In this document: piece after piece, positions 8,483-17,744 of the stretch | How the letters are laid out: each line of letters begins with the position of its first letter | Position numbering within the stretch: the stretch's first letter is position 1 | Assembly: GCA_019347675.1 (NCBI GenBank) | Contig: JAHWKW010000014.1 | Location: 54,013 to 118,012, forward strand | Direction of reading: 5' to 3' | DNA: 64,000 nt | Origin: Actinomycetota bacterium | GTDB lineage: Bacteria; Actinomycetota; Nitriliruptoria; Nitriliruptorales; JAHWKO01 | The notes under the pieces: model-generated | What the model was told of the DNA's origin: nothing | Database searches by the model: none | The model's input: only the letters and a program-made list of their open reading frames with translations | Translations under genes and position numbers: made by a program

Positions 8483-9204
8483 GCGACCTGGTCGCGATCG
8501 TCAGCGGCGGCAGCGGCGGCATCGGGGCGGCCACGTGCCGCGCCCTGGCCGCCCAGGGCATGGCGGTGCTGGTCGGGTACGCGTCGAACCAGGACGGAGC
8601 CGAGAAGGTGGCCGCGTCCTGCGACGGCACGGCCGAGGCGATCCACCTCGACGTCACCGACGAGGACCAGGTCGACGCCGCCGTCGACCGCGCCGGCGAG
8701 CTCGGCGACCTCGGCGTGGTCGTCACCGCGCACGGGATCGCCGACGACGACCTGCTGATGCGGCTGACGCCGGAACGCTGGGACCGCACCATGGCGATCA
8801 ACCTGCGCGGGGTGTACCTGATCGCCCGTGCTGCGCTCCGCCCGATGGTCCGGAACCGCAGGGGCCGCATCATCAACATCGGCTCGTTCGTGGGCCTCCG
8901 CGGCAACGCCGGCCAGAGCGCCTACGGCGCGGCCAAGGCCGCGCTGACCGGGTTCAGCAAGTCGCTTGCCCGCGAGCTGGCCGGGAAGGGCGTCACCGTC
9001 AACGTGGTCGCGCCCGGGTTCGTCGAGACGTCGATGACCGACCAACTCCCCGACGATCTGCTCGAGAGCTACCTCGAACGCACTCCGATCGGCCGGCCCG
9101 TCGCGGCCGAGGAGGTCGCGGCTGCCGTGAGGTTCCTCGCATCCGAGGAGGCCGCGGCGATCACCGGAGCGGTGATCCCCGTCGACGGCGGTGCCGGCAT
9201 GTGA
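8479..9204 (+). CDS. fabG: 3-oxoacyl-ACP reductase (SDR)
   Basis: GTG 8479 overlaps the fabH stop (GTGA). SDR motifs SGGSGGIGAA, NIGS and YGAAKAAL. Confidence 0.85.
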   Translation: MSDLVAIVSGGSGGIGAATCRALAAQGMAVLVGYASNQDGAEKVAASCDGTAEAIHLDVTDEDQVDAAVDRAGELGDLGVVVTAHGIADDDLLMRLTPERWDRTMAINLRGVYLIARAALRPMVRNRRGRIINIGSFVGLRGNAGQSAYGAAKAALTGFSKSLARELAGKGVTVNVVAPGFVETSMTDQLPDDLLESYLERTPIGRPVAAEEVAAAVRFLASEEAAAITGAVIPVDGGAGM

Positions 9205-9244
9205 CCGACACACCAGAACCTGCCCATAACCGAGAGGAGCAACG

Positions 9245-9490
9245 ATGAACCAGGAGCTGTACGAGACCGTGAAGTCCATCCTCGTGAACACGTTCCAGGT
9301 GCCGGAGGAGGACGTGAGCCCCGATGCCACGTTCGAATCCCTGGACCTCGACTCGCTCGACCTGGTCGAGTTCACGCTGGCGCTCGAAGAAGAGGTCGGC
9401 GTCGAGATCGAGGACGAGGAGGCCGAGGACATCCGCACGGTCGAAGACGCCGTGACCAAGATCGAAGAGAAGCAGAAGGTGCAAACGTGA
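9245..9490 (+). CDS. acpP: acyl carrier protein
   Basis: An 81-aa acidic protein with the phosphopantetheine-attachment motif LDLDSLD. GAGAGGAG RBS upstream. Confidence 0.9.
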   Translation: MNQELYETVKSILVNTFQVPEEDVSPDATFESLDLDSLDLVEFTLALEEEVGVEIEDEEAEDIRTVEDAVTKIEEKQKVQT

Positions 9491-10737
9491 CCGACCGTCA
9501 ACAGCCCGAGATCGTCGTCACCGGCATCGGCCTGTTCGCTCCCGGAGGGGCCAACGTCGACGCGGCGTGGAAGACGGTCCTGGAGGGGACCCCCGCCGCA
9601 GCGCACGACCCCACGCTGGAGGAAGCCGGCCTCGACGTCACCGTCTCGTGCCGCACGCCCGAGTTCGATCCCTCCGAGGAGATCGGTCGGCGTGCCGCTC
9701 GGCGGCTCGACCGCTTCGTGCAGCTGGCGCTCCTGGCCAGCCGCGAAGCGATCGACCGATCGGGTCTTGACCTGCCGACCGGCGAGGACCCCGAGGAGTT
9801 CGGCGACCGCGTCGGCATCGCGTTCGGCTGCGGGATCGGCGGGGTGATCACCTGGGAGGAGCAGCACGCCTCCTTCATCGAGAAGAACAAGGTCAGCCCG
9901 TTCATGATCCCCAAGATGCTGTCGAACATGGCTGCCGGCCAGGTCGCCATCGAGCTCGGCGCACGCGGCCCGAACCTGACCGTCAACACCGCCTGTGCAG
10001 CCAGCGCCACGGCGATCCACATCGCACGTGACCTGCTGGCATCGGGGACGGCCGACGCGATGCTCGCCGGCGGGACCGAAGCGTCGATCACGGCACTTTC
10101 CACCGCCGGGTTCGCCAAGATGGGGGCGCTGTCCAAGCGCAAGGACGAGACGGCGTCGCGGCCGTTCGATGCCGACCGTGACGGCTTCGTGATGGGTGAA
10201 GGCGCCGGGATGCTGGTGCTGGAGCGGGCAGAGGACGCCCGGGCCCGCGGCGCGACCCCGCTGGCGGTGCTGGCCGGAGCCGGCAGCTCCGCCGATGCGC
10301 ACCACCAGACCTCACCACCCGAGGAAGGCGGCGGCGCGGTGCTCGCCATGCAACGTGCTCTCGCCGACGCCGGCATGGATCGGGGTGACATCGACCACAT
10401 CAACGCGCACGGCACATCCACGCCGCTCAACGACAAGTCGGAGTCGATCGCGATCCGACGGGTGTTCGGTGACGCCACCGACCAGGTGGGTGTCAGCTCC
10501 ACCAAGGGGGTCACCGGACACACACTGGGCGCGGCCGGGGGGATCGAGGCGGTGTTCACCGTCCTCGCCCTGCGTGACGGCGTGATCCCACCCACCGCGA
10601 ACCTCGAACAGCTCGACGACGAGATCGACATCGACGTCGTGCATGGTGAGGCGCGCCAGGGCGAGGTCCGTGCCGCGCTGTCCAACTCGTTCGGCTTCGG
10701 GGGGCAGAACGCGTCACTGCTGTTCCGCAAGGTCTGA
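9487..10737 (+). CDS. fabF: beta-ketoacyl-ACP synthase II
   Basis: GTG 9487 overlaps the acpP stop (GTGA). KAS motifs NTACAASATA, INAHGTSTPLND and NSFGFGGQN. Confidence 0.9.
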   Translation: MTDRQQPEIVVTGIGLFAPGGANVDAAWKTVLEGTPAAAHDPTLEEAGLDVTVSCRTPEFDPSEEIGRRAARRLDRFVQLALLASREAIDRSGLDLPTGEDPEEFGDRVGIAFGCGIGGVITWEEQHASFIEKNKVSPFMIPKMLSNMAAGQVAIELGARGPNLTVNTACAASATAIHIARDLLASGTADAMLAGGTEASITALSTAGFAKMGALSKRKDETASRPFDADRDGFVMGEGAGMLVLERAEDARARGATPLAVLAGAGSSADAHHQTSPPEEGGGAVLAMQRALADAGMDRGDIDHINAHGTSTPLNDKSESIAIRRVFGDATDQVGVSSTKGVTGHTLGAAGGIEAVFTVLALRDGVIPPTANLEQLDDEIDIDVVHGEARQGEVRAALSNSFGFGGQNASLLFRKV

Positions 10738-10738
10738 C

Positions 10739-11389
10739 ATGGATCGTATCCCTGCCACACCGTCGTGGCTCCAGGCCGTGAGCAGGGCGCCGGTCCGATG
10801 GTGGCTGCGGCTGGACGTCGAGGACGTCGGTCGCCTGCCCGCGTCCGGACCTGTGATCGTCGCCTCGCACCACCGCTCGCACCTCGACTCGGTGGTGCTG
10901 GGCGCCACCGCGCAACGACGGCTGACGTTCCTGGGGTCGGCGCACCTGGCCGCCCCGCCGGTGATCGGGTCGCTGCTGCAGTGGGGAGGGATGATGCAGG
11001 TCCAGCGCGGCAGCGGCGAGACCGACGTCCTGGAGCGCTGCGTGGAGGTCCTCGACCGTGGCGGAGCGCTGGTCATCTTCCCCGAGGGTGGCCGCAGCCG
11101 CGACGGGCAGGTCTACCGGCCGCGCAGCGGCGTGGCCCGGATCGCGTCCGCCGCCGGCTGCCCGGTGGTGCCGGTGGGAATCAACGGGACCGCAGAAGCG
11201 TGGCCGGTCGATCGCTTCCCTCGGCTGCTGACCCGCCACGACGTGCGGGTGGCGTTCGGGGAGCCCCTGGACGCTCCCGAAGACGATCCCGCGGAGCGCA
11301 GCCGCTTCGCCGATCGCCTCCACGACGCACTCGTCGAACTGTCCGACGCCCCCCGGGCGGACGGGCTCAACCTGGGGACCTCCGCGTAA
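10739..11389 (+). CDS. plsC: 1-acyl-sn-glycerol-3-phosphate acyltransferase family protein
   Basis: ATG 10739 lies 1 nt after the fabF stop. Acyltransferase motifs HRSHLD (HxxxxD) and FPEGGRS. Confidence 0.8.
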   Translation: MDRIPATPSWLQAVSRAPVRWWLRLDVEDVGRLPASGPVIVASHHRSHLDSVVLGATAQRRLTFLGSAHLAAPPVIGSLLQWGGMMQVQRGSGETDVLERCVEVLDRGGALVIFPEGGRSRDGQVYRPRSGVARIASAAGCPVVPVGINGTAEAWPVDRFPRLLTRHDVRVAFGEPLDAPEDDPAERSRFADRLHDALVELSDAPRADGLNLGTSA

Positions 11390-11398
11390 GGAGACATC

Positions 11399-12175
11399 GT
11401 GCTGCTCGACGGAAAACGACTGCTCGTGACCGGCGTCCTCGATCCCCGATCGATCGCCTTCCACATCGCCCGCCTGGCCCAGGAGCAAGGCGCCGAGCTG
11501 CTGCTGACGGGCTTCGGGAAGAGCCGGCGACTGACCGAACGCACCGCGAAGAAGCTGGACCCGACCCCGGACGTCCTGGAGCTCGACGTCACCAAGCCCG
11601 ACGACATCGAGGGGGTCACCAAGGAGCTGCAAGAGCGGTGGGGAGGCCTCGACGGGCTCGTGCATGCGATCGCGTTCGCGCCCGACTCGGCGTTGGGCGG
11701 CGGGTTCCTCACCGCCCCGTGGGAGGACGTGGCCCCGGCCTTCCACATCTCGACCTACTCCCTGGCGGCGCTGGGCAGCGCGTTCGCGCCCCTGTTCCGG
11801 GAAGCCGACGGCGGGGCGATCATCGGGATGGACTTCGACGCGTCGGTGGCCTGGCCGGCGTACGACTGGATGGGTGTGGCGAAGGCCGGGCTCGAGTCGT
11901 GCGCCCGGTACCTGGCCCGTGACCTCGGCCCCGACGGTGTCCGCGTCAACCTGATCGCGGCTGGGCCGCTGAAGACGGTCGCGGCCAAGAGCATCGAGGG
12001 GTTCGAGGGGTTCGACCGCTGGGGCGAGCACGCACCGCTGGGCTGGGACAGCGACGACCCGGCGCCGGTCGCGCGGACGGCGTGCATGATGCTGTCTGAC
12101 TGGGCGGACGGGATCACCGGGGAGATCGTGCACGTCGACGGCGGCGCGCACGCCATCGGCGGGACAGCGGGCTGA
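11399..12175 (+). CDS. fabI: enoyl-ACP reductase (FabI/InhA type)
   Basis: GTG 11399 with AAGGAG overlapping the plsC stop. Features GKRLLVTGV, SIAFHIA and the Y..M..AK catalytic region (YDWMGVAKAGLE). Confidence 0.85.
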   Translation: MLLDGKRLLVTGVLDPRSIAFHIARLAQEQGAELLLTGFGKSRRLTERTAKKLDPTPDVLELDVTKPDDIEGVTKELQERWGGLDGLVHAIAFAPDSALGGGFLTAPWEDVAPAFHISTYSLAALGSAFAPLFREADGGAIIGMDFDASVAWPAYDWMGVAKAGLESCARYLARDLGPDGVRVNLIAAGPLKTVAAKSIEGFEGFDRWGEHAPLGWDSDDPAPVARTACMMLSDWADGITGEIVHVDGGAHAIGGTAG

Positions 12176-15100
12176 TGAGCGACTTCAAGCGTCTGGCGAT
12201 CGTCAACCGCGGCGAAGCGGCGATGCGGCTGCTGCATGCCGTCGCCGAGTACAACCGCGAGCACGGCACCGAGATCCGCACGATCGCGTTCTACACCGAC
12301 CCTGACGAGGCATCGTGGTACGTGCGCCAGGCCGACGAGGCGTACGGGCTGGGCCCGGCCATGACGTTCGACCCGAACGAAGGTGAACGCCGGCACACGT
12401 TCCTGCGTTACGACGTCCTCGCCGACGCGCTCCGGGCCACCGAGGCGGACGCCGCGTGGGTGGGTTGGGGTTTCGTCTCCGAACAGGCGGGGTTCGCCCG
12501 GCTGTGCGAGGACGAGCTAGGGATCACGTTCATCGGTCCCCCCGCCGACGTGATCGATCTCATGGGTGACAAGGTCGCCGCCAAACAGCTCGCCGAGGAC
12601 GCCGACGTCCCGGTGGTGCCGTGGAGCGACGGACCGGTCGACGACGCCGAGGAGGCAGCAGCACACGCCGACAAGCTCGGCTACCCGGTCCTGGTGAAGG
12701 CCGCCTCCGGCGGCGGCGGCCGCGGGATCCGGGTCGCAGCCGACCCCGACGAGCTGCGCGACGCGTTCCAGTCCGCCCGAGACGAAGGCCAGCGGACCTT
12801 CGGCGACCCGACGGTCTTCCTGGAGCAGATGCTCGGGGACGCCCGCCACGTCGAGGCGCAGATCATCGCCGACCGCCACGGCAACGTCTGGGCGGTCGGG
12901 GTGCGCGACTGCAGCGTGCAGCGGCGCAAGCAGAAGGTGCTGGAGGAATCGTCGTCGACGGCGCTGTCACCCGAACAGGACCAGGAGATCCGTGACGCGG
13001 CGGCGCGGATGGCCAGCGCCGCCGGGTACACCAACGCCGGGACGATCGAGTTCCTGTTCGAACCCGAGCGACAGCGGTTCTGCTTCATGGAGGTCAACAC
13101 CCGGCTGCAGGTGGAGCATCCGGTCACCGAGCTGGTCACCGGCCTGGACCTGGTCAAGCTGCAGCTGCACGTCGCACGGGGCGGGCGCCTCGAAGGCGAG
13201 CCGCCGCCGACCAAAGGCCACGCGATCGAGGCGCGCCTGTACGCCGAGGATCCCGAGAACGACTTCAGTCCCGCCCCTGGCCGGGTCGCCGAACTGCGTT
13301 TCCCCGCCGGTCCAGGGATGCGGGTCGAAACCGGCGTCACGCAGGGCGACGAGATCGCGACCGACTACGACGCGATGATCGCGAAGATCATCGGCTACGG
13401 CAGCGACCGTGGCGAGGCGATGGCGCGCCTGCGCCGCGGACTGTCGCAATCGTTGGCGATCATCGACGGTGGGGCGACCAACAAGGGGTTCCTGCTGAGC
13501 CTGGTCGACCACCCCGACGTCGTGGAGGGCCAGCTCGACACCGGTTGGCTGGACCGGCTGACCGAGGAGGGCGGGTTCCTCCCGGAACCCGCCGCCGCGG
13601 CGGTCCTGCTGGCTGCGGTGGAAGGCTACGAGGTCGAGCACGAGGCCGACCGCACGAACTTTCACGCGTCGGCGAGGCGGGGGCGGCCCGAAGCCGAACC
13701 CGGGACTGGCAAGAGCATCGAACTGCGCTACCGCGGGACGTCCTACCGCACCACCGTGTACCGGCTCGGGGCACGCGCCTACCGGGTCGACACGCCGGAT
13801 GGTCACGTCAGCGTGGAACTCGATCGGTTGGGCCGGTACGAGCGGCGCCTGACCTACGACAAACGGCACATCAAGGCGGTCGCCGACGTGCAGGGCCCCA
13901 CCTACAAGGTCGAGATCGAAGGGGTTCCCCACCGCGTGACACGCGACGAGGGCGGCGTCATGCGCTCCCCGTCACCAGCGGTCGTGATCTCCCTGGCCGT
14001 GTCACCCGGCGACCGCGTCGAAGCCGGCCAGACGGTCTGCGTGCTCGAGGCGATGAAGATGGAGACCGCGGTCGAGGCGCCGTACGCCGGCCGCGTGCGC
14101 TCGATCGACGTCAACGAGAACGTCCAGGTCGACGCCGGCGCCATCCTGGCCCGGATCGAACGCGAGGAAGAGGAACAGGAGAGCCCCGAGGAACGGGTCC
14201 AGTTCGCGGCCGACTCGGCCACCCGGTTCGACGGGGAATCCCCGGCGGCACGCGCACAGCGTTTCTTCGACCGCCTCCGCGCCTACTTGTTGGGCTACGA
14301 CCTCGACCAGGACGAGGTCGACGAGCTGTTCGCACAGCAAGAAGCCGTCTGTGCGGCGCTGCCGCAGGGTGACCCGGAGCTGCTCGCCCGCGAGGACGAG
14401 GTGCTCGCGATCTTCGCCGACCTCGGTGCGCTGTCGCGCCGCCAACCGGACCAGACCACCGAGGGAGAACTGGTCCGCAGCCCCCAGGAGTACCTGTTCA
14501 CCTACTTGCGGTCCCCCGACCGCGCCGAGGAGCTGCTTCCGCGCTCGTTCCTCGACCGCCTGGAACGGGCGCTGGCGCGCTACGGCGTCGACGGGCTGGA
14601 ACGCACACCGGAGCTCGAAGACGCGCTGCTGTGGATGTTCCGTGCGTTCAGGCGTATCCAGGACCTGACCCCCACGATCGACACCATCCTGGAACGCCAC
14701 CTCGAGCACCGCGCCCCCGTGGCGCGCGACGACGACGACTACCGGGCTCTCCTCGACCGCCTGATCTCCGTGGCGCAGGGTCGCTACGAGACGGTCAGCG
14801 ACCTGGCGCGGGAGGTGCGTCACCAGGCGTTCGACCGGCCGCTGCTGGAGGAAAAACGCGAAGAGACGTACGCGCAGATGGAGGAGGAGGTGGCGGCGCT
14901 GGCCGCCGACCCGGACCCCGATCAGCGTGAGCAGCACCTCGAGCGGCTGGTGCATTGCCCACAGCCACTGCGCGGACGGCTCCTGCGGTGGTACCAGGAG
15001 TCGGATGGGGAGCTGCGCGAAGCGGTCCTGGAGGTCCGCGCCCGTCGCTACCACCGTGCCCGCCACCTGCGTGATCTCCACGTGGAGTGGTTCGATGACC

Positions 15101-17733
15101 AGCCGCTGGCGATCGCCGACTACGAGCACGAGGACGAGAGCTACCACCTGGTGGTGGCCTACGCCCACGACGACGGGTTGGTGGGCGTCGCCGACCGGGT
15201 ACGGCGTCACATCGCCGAGGTCGACCCCGACCGGGCGGTGGTGGTCGATGTCGCCCTGGCACGGCCGGGTCCCAAGCGCGACGGTGACGTGATGGCCGAG
15301 GAGGTCCGCGAGCAGCTCGCGGACGTCGACTTCGGACGTCGACTGCACCGCCTCGACGTGATGGTGACCAGCAGCGGGCCGGGGCCCGAGCACCGCCGCA
15401 CGCAGCACTTCACGTTCCGTCAGGACGACGACGGTTTCCACGAGGAGACGCTGTACCGCAACCTCCACCCGATGCTCGGCAAGCGCCTGGGGCTGTGGAG
15501 ACTGTCGAACTTCCAGATCCGGCGGCTGCCGTCGGTCGAGGACGTGTACCTGTTCCACGGTGTGGGGCGAGACAACGAGAACGACGAGCGCCTGTTCGCG
15601 CTGGCGGAGGTCCGCGACCTCACGGCGGTCACCGACGACGACGGGGACGTCGTCTCCCTCCCGCACCTCGAGCGGATGCTGATGGAGGCGCTGTCGGGCA
15701 TCCGTCGCTTCCAGACCCGACGCCCACCGGGTGAACGCCTGCTCAACAACCTCGTCATGCTGCACATCGAGCCGCCGCTCGACTTCCCAACGAGCGTGCT
15801 GCGCGACCTCGCCCGTGAGCTCGCCCCCGCCACGGTGGGGCTCGGCCTGGAGAAGGTGATCGCGTTCGGTCGTACCCGCGACCCCGCCAGCGGTGAGACG
15901 CAAGAGATCGAGCTCCACATCGAGAACGTGGCCGAGACCGGCATCGTGGTCCGCGAGGAGGAACCGTCCGACGAGCCCATCCCGACCTTGTCGGAGTACC
16001 GCCAGCGGGTCCTCAAGACCCGCCGCTACGGCTCGGTCTACCCGTACGAGCTGATCGACCAGCTCACGCCACGCGACGAGGCGGTGTCGGACTTCCCACC
16101 CGGCAGCTTCACCGAGCACGACCTCGACGGGGACGGGCGCCTGGTCCCGGTCGACCGACCCTACGGGCAGAACGAGGCCAGCATCGTGGTCGGCCTGATC
16201 CGCAACGTCACCGAGGCGGTGCCCGACGGGATGGAACGGGTCATGGTTCTCAGCGACCCGTCGATGAGCTTGGGGTCGATGGCCGAGGCCGAGTGCAGGC
16301 GACTGATCGCCGCGCTGGATCTGGCCGAGTCGCGGCAGGTTCCTGTCGAGTGGTTCGCGGAGTCGTCCGGAGCGCGCATCGCGATGGACACCGGCGTGGA
16401 GAACATGGACTGGATCGGGGGGGTGCTGCGCCGCATCGTCGAGTTCACGCAGGGCGGCGGCGAGCTGAACATCATCGTGACGGGCATCAACGTCGGCGCC
16501 CAGCCGTACTTCAACGCCGAAGCGACCATGCTGATGCACACCGCGGGGATCCTGATCATGGTCCCCGACAGCGCCATGGTGCTCACCGGGAAGCGGGCGT
16601 TGGACTTCTCCGGGGGTGTCTCGGCCGAGGACAACATCGGCATCGGCGGCTACGAGAGGATCATGGGCCCCAACGGCGAGGCGCAGTACTGGGCGCCGAG
16701 CGTGGAGGCCGCCTGCCAGCTGCTGTTCCGCCACTACGACCACACGTACGTGGTGCCCGGGGAGCGCTTCCCGCCTCGGGTGCAGACCTCCGACCCCCAC
16801 GACCGCGACATCCGCGACTTCCCACACGAACAGGTGGAGGGCTCGGACTTCGACCGGGTCGGAGAGATCTTCTCCGACGAACGCAACCCCGAGCGGAAGA
16901 AGCCGTTCGCGATCCGGTCGGTGATGCGTGCGGTCAGCGACCAGGATCGCGAACCGATCGAGCGCTGGTTCGCCTGGCGCGACGCCGAGGGCGCCGTGGT
17001 GTGGGACGCCCACGTGGGCGGCATCCCGGTGTGCATGCTGGGGTTCGAGTCGCACACGTTGCCCCGCTACGGCTTCCTGCCCGCCGATGGGCCATCGGCG
17101 TGGACGTCGGGGACACTCTTCCCGCAGTCGTCGAAGAAGGTGGCCCGCGCCATCAACGCCGCTTCCGGCAACCGGCCCGTGGTGGTGTTGGCCAACCTGT
17201 CGGGCTTCGACGGGTCGCCGGAGTCGATGCGCAAGTGGCAGCTGGAGTTCGGCGCGGAGATCGGCCGTGCGGTGGTCAACTTCCGTGGGCCGCTCGTGTT
17301 CTGCGTGATCTCGCGGTACCACGGCGGTGCGTTCGTGGTGTTCTCCAAGTGGCTGAACGAGGGGTTGGAGGTCGCCGCTGTGGAGGGCTCGTACGCGTCG
17401 GTGATCGGCGGGACGCCGGCAGCCGCCGTGGTGTTCTCCAGGGAGGTGGATCGCCGCACGCACGAGGACGAACGTGTCGCGTCGCTGCGTCGGGAGCTGG
17501 AGGAAGCCCCGGAGGGGGAGAAGGCGAAGCTGCAGACCGAGCTCAACGAGGTCGAGGAAGAGGTCCATGCCGAGAAGATGCGCGAGGTGGCCAACGAGTT
17601 CGACAGCATCCACAGCATCGAACGCGCGCGGGACGTCGGCTCGGTGGATCACATCATCGCCCCCGCGGAACTGCGGCCGTACGTGATCGATGCGGTCGAG
17701 CGCGGCATCGCCGCCACACGCGAAGGCAGGTGA
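12175..17733 (+). CDS. single-chain multidomain acyl/acetyl-CoA carboxylase (biotin carboxylase + BCCP + large central region + carboxyltransferase)
   Basis: ATG 12175 overlaps the fabI stop (TGATG). It has an N-terminal ATP-grasp biotin carboxylase (NRGEAAMRLL, EVNTRLQVEHPVTE). The biotinylation motif EAMKME has its Lys codon at 14056-14058. An about 600-aa central region follows. The C-terminal carboxyltransferase carries YPYELIDQL and ANLSGFDGSPESMRKWQLEFGAEI. The reading frame is an uninterrupted 1852 aa. Confidence 0.85.
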   Translation: MSDFKRLAIVNRGEAAMRLLHAVAEYNREHGTEIRTIAFYTDPDEASWYVRQADEAYGLGPAMTFDPNEGERRHTFLRYDVLADALRATEADAAWVGWGFVSEQAGFARLCEDELGITFIGPPADVIDLMGDKVAAKQLAEDADVPVVPWSDGPVDDAEEAAAHADKLGYPVLVKAASGGGGRGIRVAADPDELRDAFQSARDEGQRTFGDPTVFLEQMLGDARHVEAQIIADRHGNVWAVGVRDCSVQRRKQKVLEESSSTALSPEQDQEIRDAAARMASAAGYTNAGTIEFLFEPERQRFCFMEVNTRLQVEHPVTELVTGLDLVKLQLHVARGGRLEGEPPPTKGHAIEARLYAEDPENDFSPAPGRVAELRFPAGPGMRVETGVTQGDEIATDYDAMIAKIIGYGSDRGEAMARLRRGLSQSLAIIDGGATNKGFLLSLVDHPDVVEGQLDTGWLDRLTEEGGFLPEPAAAAVLLAAVEGYEVEHEADRTNFHASARRGRPEAEPGTGKSIELRYRGTSYRTTVYRLGARAYRVDTPDGHVSVELDRLGRYERRLTYDKRHIKAVADVQGPTYKVEIEGVPHRVTRDEGGVMRSPSPAVVISLAVSPGDRVEAGQTVCVLEAMKMETAVEAPYAGRVRSIDVNENVQVDAGAILARIEREEEEQESPEERVQFAADSATRFDGESPAARAQRFFDRLRAYLLGYDLDQDEVDELFAQQEAVCAALPQGDPELLAREDEVLAIFADLGALSRRQPDQTTEGELVRSPQEYLFTYLRSPDRAEELLPRSFLDRLERALARYGVDGLERTPELEDALLWMFRAFRRIQDLTPTIDTILERHLEHRAPVARDDDDYRALLDRLISVAQGRYETVSDLAREVRHQAFDRPLLEEKREETYAQMEEEVAALAADPDPDQREQHLERLVHCPQPLRGRLLRWYQESDGELREAVLEVRARRYHRARHLRDLHVEWFDDQPLAIADYEHEDESYHLVVAYAHDDGLVGVADRVRRHIAEVDPDRAVVVDVALARPGPKRDGDVMAEEVREQLADVDFGRRLHRLDVMVTSSGPGPEHRRTQHFTFRQDDDGFHEETLYRNLHPMLGKRLGLWRLSNFQIRRLPSVEDVYLFHGVGRDNENDERLFALAEVRDLTAVTDDDGDVVSLPHLERMLMEALSGIRRFQTRRPPGERLLNNLVMLHIEPPLDFPTSVLRDLARELAPATVGLGLEKVIAFGRTRDPASGETQEIELHIENVAETGIVVREEEPSDEPIPTLSEYRQRVLKTRRYGSVYPYELIDQLTPRDEAVSDFPPGSFTEHDLDGDGRLVPVDRPYGQNEASIVVGLIRNVTEAVPDGMERVMVLSDPSMSLGSMAEAECRRLIAALDLAESRQVPVEWFAESSGARIAMDTGVENMDWIGGVLRRIVEFTQGGGELNIIVTGINVGAQPYFNAEATMLMHTAGILIMVPDSAMVLTGKRALDFSGGVSAEDNIGIGGYERIMGPNGEAQYWAPSVEAACQLLFRHYDHTYVVPGERFPPRVQTSDPHDRDIRDFPHEQVEGSDFDRVGEIFSDERNPERKKPFAIRSVMRAVSDQDREPIERWFAWRDAEGAVVWDAHVGGIPVCMLGFESHTLPRYGFLPADGPSAWTSGTLFPQSSKKVARAINAASGNRPVVVLANLSGFDGSPESMRKWQLEFGAEIGRAVVNFRGPLVFCVISRYHGGAFVVFSKWLNEGLEVAAVEGSYASVIGGTPAAAVVFSREVDRRTHEDERVASLRRELEEAPEGEKAKLQTELNEVEEEVHAEKMREVANEFDSIHSIERARDVGSVDHIIAPAELRPYVIDAVERGIAATREGR

Positions 17734-17744
17734 CGCCCGTCACC
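17729..17744. terminator. short GC hairpin spanning the two convergent stop codons
   Basis: ggtgac-gccc-gtcacc (6-bp stem, 4-nt loop) contains the carboxylase TGA (17731-17733) and the complement of the HD-gene stop (17740-17742). No U-tract. Confidence 0.25.

Noticed and set aside
8314-10305. Long antisense or alternative-frame ORFs across the window, for example 817..2439(-), 8314..10305(-), 10556..12151(-), 19807..21936(-), 39959..42040(+), 47062..48684(+) and 49486..51141(+).
   Set aside because: Each overlaps a gene with clear family motifs on the other strand or frame. Each encodes Arg/Pro/Gly/Ala-dominated sequence without domain signatures. I treated them as GC-driven open frames.
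14002-17652. 1216-aa ORF on the minus strand, the second longest in the track.
   Set aside because: It is entirely antisense to the carboxylase gene, which has unmistakable BC/BCCP/CT motifs. Its translation is low-complexity Arg/Gly/Pro/His-rich with no recognisable motif. This is a typical shadow frame of very GC-rich coding DNA.
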